From assembly GCA_051294375.1 (NCBI GenBank), contig JBJCIZ010000408.1, positions 24,148-88,147 on the forward strand: a DNA stretch of 64,000 nucleotides, read 5' to 3'. A model generated the notes under the pieces. That model saw nothing but the letters and a program-made list of their open reading frames with translations, was not told the DNA's origin and did no database searches. This document shows, piece after piece, positions 35,398 to 47,130 of this stretch; position 1 is the stretch's first letter; the number at the start of each line of letters is the position of its first letter. The DNA comes from Paraspadella gotoi (taxonomy: Eukaryota; Animalia; Chaetognatha). A program made the translations under genes and the position numbers.

Positions 35398-38363
35398 ATG
35401 GATCATCGGTCCAGCTGCACTAATGAAGATGGTGATGTCGACGAGGATAAGGACCAAGTTATCAAGCAACTACAAGCACAGGTGGAGGAGTTGCAAAACT
35501 AAGATGAAAATTAAATTGAAGAACAAAGCACACACATTGACAAAAGGTAAAAAAATCCTTTCTTACGTTCACTTATGAATTTGAAAAATGTTACTTTTAA
35601 AAAAATTCAAACATTTTGAAATGTGAAGTCTGATCGCTAGTGTTCCTGAACAATTATCATTTACGCATGCTTAACCTTGGAGGCGACTTTTCCCTTATCC
35701 AACATTATTAGTATCATTTTCAAAAATCGTCTTTTTAAAATTTTAAAATTTTAACTTTTAAAATTTTAAGTTAAGACTTTTAAAATTTAACTAACTTGTT
35801 TTCCACTCAAATGATAAATTTCGTTTCCTCCTCTTGTTAGTACATATTTTGACATTTTTAACCATTACTTTCTCACTCAGAGCAAAGAACGACGAACCAC
35901 CACCTCCTTACAGTGAACTCGGAGCAGTTGGTGGATCGGATTTTTCTTATAGCAGGAACTCCCAACAAAGTTTGCCTATCCGAATTACAATCGCTACCCG
36001 CCCCCTCGATTTCCGCCTTATCATCCAACGGCTTTGTTTCCAATGTATCCGCCGTATTTAGAGCATCTACTGCGATATCATGATATGACCCACGATGCCG
36101 ATCGCCACAGCAGAACAGAGAGAGAAGAAACTGAAAGTTCGATTATATCGAGTAAAGATGCAAAAGTATCCCGTCAAAATGTGAATCATAATGAGGTCGA
36201 CATATCCGAGGAAGAAGACTCCATCTCTGACAGCGCAAATCGTCAAGAGGAGAAGGTACGAGCGGCGAGAGAAAAGCTCGAAAAGATGAAGAAGAAGCAG
36301 AAAGAAGTGGAACTGGAAAGATTGAGGGAGCAGATCGATTGCTGGAGGAAGAGAGCCTCCAATCATCATCGCTGACTTCCGTCTTTGATGTTAGATCTCG
36401 ATCGAGAAAGACTCAAGGCGGAAAATTCAAAAACGACAGGCGGAAATTTCTCTAGTTTTGGAGGAAAATGAAAAAGGCGACTATCGTTGACATTTGCTTT
36501 TTGCTCGATTGTACCAAAGAGCATGAGTCCGTACATTGTCGAAGTCAAATCGAAGATCCAGTGGCTCGTCGACGAAATTGTCAAGAGACACGATGTACAC
36601 ACTATCAAACTGGCTTTCGTGGGTTATCGCGATTTGTGCGACGGAGACAATAACCTTTTCGGTTCTTTATTTACAAAGTCGGTTCAAGCATTTCTGGAAT
36701 TTCCTTGGCCAAAATACATGCAGGTGGCGGATGCAGTCACACCGCAGATGTGATGGGAGGATTGGCTCAAGTCTCTCGCCTAAAGTGGACCGCTCCCGCG
36801 AGCCGGATTTTTAATTCATATTGAGACGCGCCTGGTCATGGAACTATGTTTTCACGTTCGACAGAAATTAAAAGATCCATTTCCTCGAGGGGATCCTAAG
36901 GGTCCGCAAGCCAGAGTCTCCTCCTTCCGATTTTACAAAATCAGACTCTGATCAGCTTTTACATTTTCATGCGTTTGAGAAGACTTAACAGATCGTATGA
37001 TCAACAGGTTCAAAGAAATTACCGGTTGATGACTGGCTGAAGCAGATTGAATCCACTAGAAACTATATTGGATTTGATGCCGAATGCGTTGCAATCAATC
37101 TCGGCTACCATCAACTCGATCGAACGCAAGACGGTATCTTGGATTACGACTCAACTCTGACAAATCCGTCCTTTCTGAGAAGCAGTTTTTGCTCGATGAG
37201 AACCTTCCTCATTGGAACGATTTGGAAGCCGAAGAAGTTTACATCTTTGAGCACAAATTGCCCCGGATGGAACCGAAACTGTTCGCGCGGGGAGGCATCG
37301 ATGTTGATCTTTGAGGAAACCGTTGGAGTTGACGAAAAAGGATCGACTGGTTAAAATTACGCGGAATCCTTTCGCCAAGGGCGGAACGAGACTCGCGTAT
37401 TTTGGTCGTGACGTCACGCCATTTCCTGGGAAGCCTTCAGAGACTTCCAGCGATGTTTGCGTTCTCAAAGAGTTTCTTCTCGCCGGTGGAGGAATCAATT
37501 TCTAAAGAAAATTATGTGGAACAGATCGAAGTACAAGCGATTGGCATGCATCTGGCATTACAGTTCAACAAGGTGGGAATTCTGATGCTTTTAGCTTTAA
37601 AATAAAATATATATTTTTAAATTAAGAAAAAATTATTGTGGAAAACATATGAAACCAGATCCTAAACATATCCTTATTTCTAAATAAATTAAGTAATTTC
37701 AATACGAAAAATTAACATTTCAGGCGAAAACCCAAGGGAACTAAAGAAATAAAATTTTTGAAAGAGTCCTTGGTCAGCTTTCACAAACGCGGAAAGCCTT
37801 CTTACTACACAAAAGAACCAAAAATTGATGGAGAATACACAAATTCAGCAACAATTGGGGCTACGTGAATGAAAAGGAATATTATTCACTGCTACAAACC
37901 TTTAGTCACTGGAGTTACGATATCACTTGGCGGATTCTGCAAGTAACTTGTAACACGCCGTAAAAGTAAAATTAGGCACAAGGTTCACTTTGTAGTATCA
38001 AAGTTTATAAAGCGAGTCGAAGGATAGAAAGATCGAGAGAGCGAGAACGTATTAATTTGTTCTTTTTTTCGCCAGGTCGTCGATCTTCAAGGCGTCAATC
38101 CGGTGAGGTTTTCGTCTAACTGATCCAGTGATACACTGTCTTGACGTCACGCGGTTCACAAAAAACTAACCTCGGTGTGGTCGGGATGGAACGTTTCTTC
38201 AGGACTCACACTTGCAACGACATCTGCCGTCAGGTTTCACATAGATATACTATTTATTTCTGTGATCTAGATACAGCTCATGTTAATTTTTTTATTATTT
38301 TTTTTCTTAATTTAGATGAGATTGCTACCTCGCTTGGCTCCGAAACAAAGCATTGCACAATAA
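35398..38363 (+). CDS. Coiled-coil + von Willebrand A + alpha-kinase protein (VwkA-like architecture), copy 2, full length; frameshifts probably partly assembly errors
   Basis: Exons 35398-35546, 35881-37572, 37724-37942, 38076-38233, 38316-38363, all introns GT-AG. vWA: VDICFLLDCTKSMSPYI, LAFVGYRD, ADVMGGL, LKW, ILIHI.DAPGHG. Kinase: NPFAKGGTRLAYFG, VLKEF, EPKIDGEYTKFSNNWGYV, QTFSHWSY, VVDLQGV, LTDPVIH, NLGVVGMERFFRTHTCNDIC. Confidence 0.93.
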
Positions 38364-38921
38364 TTACACTTTCCTTTGGTTGAAAGAAATGTATTATTTT
38401 TCTCTAAAGTTTCATGTTTCGGTAAACCAAGGTTTGGGAAAACATGAATCGTACTCATTTCTTTTTTTTTCAAAGAAGAAAATTGATTATATTACTCCGA
38501 TGTGAGACATAATTAATTTTATAATAATTCAAAGAATTTAAAAGTGTCATCACGTTCGTCATTATATTTTTTTTATCAAAAGCATAGGGGCTCATAGTCA
38601 CAGCATTTAGAAAAAGGAAAAGCAGGTTAGTTAGTTAGTTAGTTAGCCAACATTGGGGCCTGGAAGTAAGTAAAACAAAAAATATTTTCAAAGCAAAGAG
38701 CAATTAGCTATTTTATTCATTTAATGCTACGCCTTTTTTATTCGCCAAATTTAATTTCTAAATTTATTATTAGTATAAGATTATTCATATTCCAAATATT
38801 TCTTTGGTTGTGTCCCCAAAAAGGTTTCATCCACAGAATCGCCTTTTTTAATGAGTATTTTACCAGGTATCCATGCACAAACAATACATCTACTTTATTG
38901 CCAAATATATGTATTTCCTCA

Positions 38922-41900
38922 TTATTTTTTCTTTCCGATTCCATCGAACTCTGCCAACGACGCCGCCAGACCGGCGTCCCTCAAGACGGCGTCGAGTCGC
39001 TCCACTTCAGCTGCCGAAAAATTCCGCGCGGTGGCGCCGCAGACGTCGCTGAGAGAAGGGGCTCTTCCTTTGAGAATCGAGATATCGCGATGATGTCGTC
39101 GTTCGTCGTCTTCGTCGTCGTCCTCTTTTTGATCCGCAAAAAGGAAGGATCGTCTCATCCCAAATATTCGGATCCTGCATGAGATTCCTCGTAGAGAATC
39201 GGCAGTACCTTCTCTCTGCGGACGGGATCTTCGAGGATTCTCCGCGCCACCAAACACGGGCGTCAGCCAGTAGCCGACGAAGTGAGAGAGGAGAGAGGTA
39301 GAGCCAACTTCGATCATCCGCTTTTCGTCGTCTTTGTCGTCGTCGTCGTCGTCCTGTTTTTTCGTCGAGGGTGAAGAGCCGCTTGTCATTGGAGTAATCA
39401 AATTTTCCATCCAACTCCAGCGACTGGGTCCACTCGTCTCGATTGGAGTTTATCTCTTTACTTTCCTTCTTATTTCTCTCGTTCGGTCTCAATATTTTTC
39501 TCCTTTTTCTGAGCTTCGCCCTCAAGTTCCTCACTCCTCTCATCTCCCTCCCTTCCCTCTTCTCCTCCTCTTTCTCTAAATCAATTTCTTTTTCTCTATC
39601 TCCTCCCTCTCTTCCTCCCTCCCTTTTTCTCGTCTTCGTCTCCATCGACTTCGACATTTTCTCCTCTTCCTCCCTCTCCTACCTTCTCCTCTTCCTCCCC
39701 CTCCTTTTCCTCTTCCTCCCTCCCTTTTTCCTCTTCCTCCCCTTTCTCTTCTTCCTCCATTTCCCCACGACTTCTTCAAAGCCTCGAGGAATACATTCGG
39801 CCACGTGGCTCCGTTAGCGCCGACCATGAAATCGGGCCATCGCCGACGCAGCACCGGCAGCCGGCCGAGCAAGCCCTCCGCGTCGGCGGCGAAACCGGTG
39901 ACGAGTCTTAGCCAGGACCTCAGCGCCGGCAAGGGTCGCCGGTGCATGAAGATGAAGCGAAACGTCGAATGGCATTAAAGGGGCGACGTCGATGAGGTCC
40001 TGTGGACGAAAGATGGAGTTGTGGTTATGGTTGTGGTGGTGGTGACATAGAAAATTCGTCCTTTTTATAGAAATGACACAATATATCGAAACTTTTTACA
40101 AATTCATAGATAAAAGAGCCAGATACTTTGATTATTATTGATTAAAAGATTTCAGGCTTTTTATTCTTGTACGAAGTCTAGCCTACCATAACTTTTCGAA
40201 AGTCAGTAAGATTCGTAGCTTATTTATTGAATTAATTGTCATTTTATAATGATTTTTCAAATTGATTAATGTACATATGTCTCGACAGTTTATAATTCCA
40301 ATAATTCTGTTTCATACGTCCAGTGTCAGCTGTATAAATTGCTGATTACAGTTTGTACATCGGCCTTATCAGTAGTATTTAGTGACATATGCTTGGACAT
40401 TTGTAAAATTTCAAATTAAATTAAACAATTTATCATATTGTCTAATGTCTATGCAACGACATGCACCTTAAGCATCCAAGGAACGAAGGCAGGGATTTTA
40501 ACGACAATGACGTTGATCCCCGGAGTCGCGTAGAGAGGCCGGCAAGACGGCGAAGAGGATGTGACGCAACAGGGGAACATTCTCCACCGCCGACGCCGCG
40601 TTGGCAGTGTCGGCGACGGCATTCGCCTTAATCAGCGCCCAGTTGGCGAGCGGCTGCGGTTCGTTGATGACGACGGCGTCGGGGACTCCTCAAAGAGACG
40701 CGAAAGAAAGGATCCACCGCATCGCGGGTGGGATGCCACGATTATGGCCTCGCTTCTCGCGGCGATGGGCGTGGGTAAGGTCGAACGCTGACGCCGCTTC
40801 CTTGTCCTCTATCGCCTCTTTCGCCTCTGCCTCCGCTTTCGCCTCCGCTTCCAACTCCTTCGCTTCTGCCTGCTTTCGCCTCCGCCCTCATCCTTCTCAT
40901 TTTCTCCTCCACAATTTTTCAAATTCCTTCGAGGAGACGAACGATGAATCCTGAGCGAATTGGGGAACTCCTAGAAAAGGCGAACCCCGCCACAGAGGAA
41001 GCGTACACGTTGACGTCTGAAGATGGAGTGGGGGTTGGCGAAAAATGGGCATCAGTTGATATGGTAAGGTTATTTTAAGAATATATGTAATAATACATAT
41101 TACATACATAATACACAACATTTTTAATTCATCATTCATACTGAAGAGACAGTAATTATTGATATGTGTTAAATGACAGAACCGTTCAATATAAGCAGTC
41201 CCTGAGCTTCGGATCAGGCTGTAACACCATGTTACAGGCGGGTTAAGCGCCCCGTCCCTCTTAACTGCCAGACGACCACCGGGCTAGAACCACGGACCTT
41301 TGGGTTGGGAAGGCGAATGGCTTGCCTCCGGCACCAATGGCCGCTGATGAACGGTTGGTGGATTTTAGTCCACCATTAATACATAATATATAATATTTAA
41401 ATAACATACATACATAAATAAAACGAGCATACATAAAATTTACGTAATATAAGTAAAGAAAGACAATTCTCCAAACATGTAATATACGTCATATAATTTT
41501 GGGATCAAATAACGTATACGTCGTATACGTACTTTATGATTTGTTTGGGAGTTTCTGAGTAATATACTTATATCGTTACATTCGATATGGCTCAGTGGGT
41601 GGGTCACAAAATTGATGTCAGTTTTAAAATGGGTTCGAGCAAAAGTAATTGGCTGAACCGGCGAAAAATAAAGTGATGAGATTATCTTAGGAATTTTAGC
41701 TCTAGAAATTTCGGCGACCCGAGAGTTAGTTTGGTTTGGTTGATACTTTTATTCATTTTATAAAACTGAATGTAAAATAAAAAAATATATTAAATAATGT
41801 TCTGGAAATCTGACTCACAATCATAAATATATATAAATACATCCATTAGGAAAACTACTACTGACCCTTTTTGTCCGCACAAATTCCAATCCAGCCGGTG

Positions 41901-42200
41901 ACACGTGATGCAAATGAGCGCACGGGTCCTCCATCGCGTACATAAATATGTTGGCACGCCCACCGCCCACGTAGCAACTCGACTGCATCGTGTGCAAAGC
42001 CTTCGCGCGCAACGTGCGCAACCACACCACGCGACGAACTTGGACGCTTTGGTCGGCATTGTTGTTGTCGTCGTTGTTGTTCCTTGGATGACTTTCCCGA
42101 AGTCCGCGACGAATCGGACGAAGCGCAGAAATTGACGAAGCGGAAGGTAAAACGCGAGGTGAACCAACAAAAGAACAGCGGCCTCCCACGACGGAGACAT
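38922..42200 (-). CDS. Sulfotransferase-fold (PAPS-binding) protein with N-terminal hydrophobic anchor, 3 exons, frameshifted
   Basis: Exons 42200-41866, 41016-40467, 39999-38922 with GT-AG introns. MSPSWEAAVLLLVHLAFYLPL leader; 5'-PSB-like IIVASHPRCGGSFLSRLF..VPDAVVINEP; VIVVKIP; 3'-PB FRFIFMHRRPLPALRSW (R-x7-S); LYE.LMQDP...ILPFCG; DSQ; long Glu/Lys-rich insert at 39450-39760. Confidence 0.8.
41193..41344 (-). ncRNA. tRNA-like head plus structured 3' domain (SINE-like or Pol III RNA) in intron 1 of the sulfotransferase gene
   Basis: 41344-41272: 7-bp acceptor stem GCGGCCA/TGGTCGT, A-box-like TGGTGCCGGAGG, T-arm CCGTG-GTTCTAG-CCCGG, weak anticodon stem around TTCCCAA; followed by three hairpins. 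Confidence 0.6.
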
Positions 42201-42462
42201 TTTCGCGGAAAATCGCCGGGATTTTCGTTTCCAGTTTCGCCGGTTAAAAAGAAAAAAACAAACTTGGAAAAAACAATTGGAGCGAAACGGGAGAAAGTAG
42301 TTCGTTTGATGCGCGGACAGGAGAATCAACCGTTCTTGACGAATTATCGTTTATTAGCGAATGAATTATTGGTCGTGGCTGTAGTAAAAGTTAATTTTAA
42401 CTTTCTAATATAAGCCCTCTTGGCCTTTTTGTCCAGAGCGCCACATTTCTTCTTAAAGATAC

Positions 42463-42630
42463 GGTTAAAAGTTAGGGTTAGGGATTCGTTTAAGGATAAG
42501 GGTTAGGGATTTGGTTAGCGATTTGGTTAGGGATTAGGGTAAGGGATATAGTTTTAAGATTAGGGTTAGGTTAAAAAGATTAGCGGTAGGGTTAGGGTAA
42601 AGGAGTATGTTAGAGTAAGAGATTAGGATA
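42463..42630 (+). repeat. Degenerate (TTAGGG)n-like interstitial array
   Basis: Repeated GTTAGG/TTAGGG/GATTAG hexamers with many substitutions. Confidence 0.75.
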
Positions 42631-42811
42631 GATAGTTGTTGACAGATTAAATAATAAGTTTAAAAATAAATTCCGGGAGTAAGAAACTAAAATCGGGGAC
42701 AATATGTGTATGTAAGAGTCTAATCGGCATATCTCGGCAGATTCGTGTACCATTATACTTTTTCTCTATTCATTACTTAAAATAGATCATAAAGCCTAAT
42801 TATTAGTTTAA

Positions 42812-43171
42812 GGGGAGGAGCACAAGTTTTTGGGCCTATATTCATTAGTTAGAGCTAATTTTCTACTTTAGAACGTCGAAAACCGCAGCCCTCTATCTTT
42901 TCTGAAACCGGAGATATAGAGGTTACCAATAAAATTTCTTTGAAAAATTCCTGGCGCCAAACTGATTGTCGGAGGTCATTCATTTTTTGGTTACAATATC
43001 CTCTCCTGAATATCTTGGTCCCATGCATCCCTTTTTTTAAAATTCCTACATCTTCATAGAAAAAAGTACAAAAGATTGAAATGACCAAATCTTGTGAACG
43101 CAAAAAAAAATATAAAAAAAATTATTTTCGCCAAAAGCGATGCTAAGGGACCTGGGAAATCGCCTAAATTA
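42812..43171 (+). mobile_element. Left end of a TTAA-GG (Kolobok-like) non-autonomous element; body recurs at 25120 and 43755
   Basis: TTAA-GGGGAGGAGCACAAG start; related termini at 1269 and, as an inverted pair, at 63169-63234. Superfamily assignment is inference. Confidence 0.45.
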
Positions 43172-43196
43172 NNNNNNNNNNNNNNNNNNNNNNNNN

Positions 43197-46100
43197 AGGA
43201 GAATCGTTTATAAAATGCAATTAGTCAATAAAAGCAAAATGAAATGAAAAGTTGAATTAAAAGTGTTTAAATAGAAATGGAGTTTAATGACATGAATTAA
43301 ATGAAATTAATTGAAATAAAATCATTGAATGAAATTAATTAGAATAAATGAATTAATTAAATGAATCGAATCTAAGATATTAAAAAATTTTATTATTTAA
43401 GAAAATATAGAAAAATTTAGGATAAATATAAATTGTATCGAGTAAATAAATTTAAAATTATGAACTGAATTCATATCAAATTGAACACCTAAAGAATATC
43501 TTCGGCGAATACAGATTGTCGTTGAACATCGGCCGCGGCTGCACGTAGAGCGGCGCAAAGTCGCGAACCGGGGTCTCCTTGTTAGATGTTGGAATCGATC
43601 GTTGCATGAATCTCGGTTGATGGAACGGGGTTTGGACGCACCGACGGAAGACGTCGAAGATATTCCGTCCCGTGGTATATTCCTAGAATTATTAAATTAA
43701 ATTAGCATCATTTTTCATCTCATATTTATTGTTATTAATTCATTTTCCACTAACAAGGTTTTGGGCCTATATTCATTAGTTAGAGCTAATTTTCTACTTT
43801 AGAACGTCGAAAACCGCAGCCCTCTATCTTTTCTGAAACGGAGATATAGAGGTTACCAATAAATTTCTTTGAAAAATTCCTGGCGCCAAACTGATTGTCG
43901 GAGGTCATTCATTTTTTGGTTACAATATCCTCTCCTGAATATCTTGGTCCCATGCATCCCTTTTTTTAAAATTCTACATCTTCATAGAAAAAAGTACAAA
44001 AGATTGAAATGACCAAATCTTGTGAACGCAAAAAAATATAAAAAAAAATTTTTTCGCCAAAAGCGATGCTAAGGACCTGGGAAATCGCCTAAATTATCTA
44101 ATGAACAAGTCGCGCTATTTTTATCTTTCTTTGTTTTTTTTTATCTGAATTTTTTTCTTTCAAAAACTTTTTATTTGATTTTCGAAAACTTTTTCACAGT
44201 AAGGATATTTTTTTTCTTTGAATTTCAAGAAGGTTTTATTTTTTTTCTACTGCACTAAACAGAAAGCATAATGAAAGCGATCGCTACGCCATGGTACTCA
44301 GAAACAACAAAGAAAGTTGCGTAAAATCAATTGTACTCTTAATCCTACTTTTCGTCAAGAAAGTTTTAATTTTGATAAAATGAATTGGCGAAAGCAAGCG
44401 TTTGGAGAATAATAACAAAACATGCAATGAGGAAAGTGAATCAACCACCAGTCAAGGTAGAGTAACAAACAAACAGATAATAAATAAGACCATGTAAAAA
44501 TCGCCTTTGTAATTGTAATCATCGAAGCCCTCTTGCCGTATGATGATCAGCGAATCAATATCTCTCTCTCGCTCTATCTCTCTCTCTCTGAGTGGCTATG
44601 ATCACAGGATTGGATTCAAAAACGACGATAATTTGAACGATAAATTAATTGTTCGTTTTGGTTATAGTTAAGGTTAGTATTAGGGATACGATATTGAGAG
44701 CGCTCGACCCAGGATCGGGATCGACGGAAAGACGACGATATTTGAACGATGGCGGAAGCTAATGCGACAATGAGAGCGACAATTAAAGCAGCAAAGAGAC
44801 GAGTTTGTGCGTCTGTTTGAGTCCGCTGCTTCAGGAGCGCAGCAAGGGGGCTTCGATGAAAAAAAATTCGCTTTAGCGATTTACTTTACCTTGAATTTTG
44901 GTATTTTTTTTTCTGTCATTTTTTTCCATCATTTTTTTCTCTTACTAGGAGCTTTTTATTCATTTTTTATTAACAGCAAGTTGAAAAAGTATGCAATTTG
45001 AAAAAAGTATGCAAGTTGAAAAAATTATGCAAGTTAAAGAAATTATGCAAGTTGAAAAAATTATGCAAGTTAAAAATTATGCAAGTTGAAAAAATTATGA
45101 ATCTAAAAATGATTCAAGTAAAAATATAAGTTGAAAAATATGCAAGTTAAAAAATGCAAGTTGAAAAAATTTGCAAGTTGAAAAAATTATGCAAGTTGAA
45201 AAAATTATGCAAGTTGAAAAAATTATGCAAGTTGAAAAATTAGTGCAAGTTGAAAAAATTATGCAATTTGAAAAAATTATGCAAGTTGAAAAAATTATGC
45301 AAGTTGAAAAAATTATGCAAGTTGAAAAAATTATGCAAGTTGAAAAAATTATGCAAGTTGAAAAAATTATGCAAGTTGAAAAATATGCAAGTTGAAAATT
45401 AATGCAAGTAAAAATTATGCAAGTTGAAAAAATTATGCAAGTTGAAAAATTATGCAAGTTGAAAAAATTATGCAAGTTGAAAAATATATAGCAAAAAATT
45501 AAGTTAAAAAATATGCAAGTTAAAAAATTATGAAAGTTAAAAAATACAAGTTAAAAAATGACAATAAAAAAATGATGCAAGTTAAAAAAATGATGCAAGT
45601 TGAAAAAAATCAAGTAAAAAAATATGCAAGTTAGAAAAATGATGCAAGTTAAAAAAATGATGAAGTTGAAAAAAATACAAGTAAAAAATATGCAAGTTAA
45701 AAAATAAAGTAGAAAAAATGATGCAAGTTAAGAAAAATGAAAAAATAAAAAAATAATGAAGTTAATACAAATTAAAGATATAAGTAAAAATATTGATGCA
45801 AATTAAAAAAATTATTATTAGTGCTACAGTAACTGTTTAATTTAAGCCCTTGAAAGCGATTTACATGTTGGTGCGCAGCCACTGGTTAATTATTTGATCA
45901 CATCTTGCATTTTTGGCAACTGAAAATGATAATGCGTTGACGACAATGATAACACGCGTTACTGAATGAATTAATTAATTGATTGAATTGATTGATTTAG
46001 GCAGATACGGCTATAAAAAGTTCCGAGTTTTCACCTCCATCTCCGCCTCTCAAAAAAGGGTTCGTCAACGAGAGACCAAACATCAGATTTTCTTTAATTT

Positions 46101-46775
46101 GAATGAAATGAAAAGAAATGAAACAGAAGCAAAATTCTTTTTATTTTTTCTCAGACAAGCTCAAATTTTAATCTTCCTCATGAATACATGGAAGCACAGT
46201 CAAATTAAGTCTACTACCATGGATCTATCAATATTATCCGAGGTAAATTTCAATTTGGCAAACGGGATTGATATATATATATTGTAGCAGTTAGTATTAT
46301 TTATATATATATATATATAATTCATTTAATCCAAATCTTTAGAGATTGGTAAGTTTTGATTTTTCAACTAATTTTATTATTTCGCATGACGGGCAAAGCC
46401 CGTCTTGGAGAGATAAAGTGAAGGCCAGGCTCTTCTTGTGACGTTGTGTCGTCGTCGTCGTCACGCTTTTTTTGCAATCGTTAATTAAATTTTGAATTAT
46501 ATTATTATATTAATTATTATTTAATTACCGATAATTATATAATTCTAAGTTAATTATTAATTAATTAGGCAATTAATTAATTAATTTAATCTCAAATGTT
46601 TGTTTTTAGGTCTTTTCATCACTAACATGACAAAAGCAATGACGACGATGAGAATAATGCCGATAAGATTGACTTGATTGATTGACTGATTAATTAATTA
46701 TTAATTTTGATAATTATTAACTGATTAATTATTATTTATTAATACATCCTGCATTTACATTTAATATAAAAGCGA
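43197..46775 (+). repeat. ~3.6-kb composite repeat unit (copy 2); 18-bp array at 44975-45730
   Basis: Collinear with 24555-28360 and followed by the same HINE 3'-end junction (46776-47130, minus strand). Confidence 0.85.
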
Positions 46776-47130
46776 CGCAAGTTTGAGCAAACAGATGTCG
46801 ATCTGCCTACGATAATTTAATTAAGTTAAATATTAATTAATCATTAATGTTAAGTTAATTTAATTAATCATTACATTAATGTAATAATTAATTTTAAATT
46901 GTATTATTCAACTTATCATCATCGGAGTCCTTAAATTTGGGTTAGGACAGTTATTAAATATGTTTTGGTTGCATTTTATCGAAACAAACAAATATCCTTA
47001 TTTTATTTGTATGTTTCCCTTGTCTCTCTCCACTCTCACTCTCTCTGCCTCTCTCTCTCTGCTTTTTTATGCAATTGGCGCGATCATTTAATGCTTTAGA
47101 TTTTTTTAAGCTTGCATCAATTTTTTCACA

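Noticed and set aside
41588-41641. A-box TGGCTCAGTGG and B-box GGTTCGAGC as a tRNA gene
   Set aside because: No cloverleaf stems; at most a decayed SINE head.
41790-42329. Cys-rich ORF resembling a MYND/RING finger
   Set aside because: The alternative frame (SVQVRRVVW...LEFVRTKR) splices in frame to the sulfotransferase exons; the Cys spacing fits no finger.
45095-45475. ORFs of MQVEKI / STCIIF repeats (also 26670, 48089)
   Set aside because: Translations of the 18-bp satellite.
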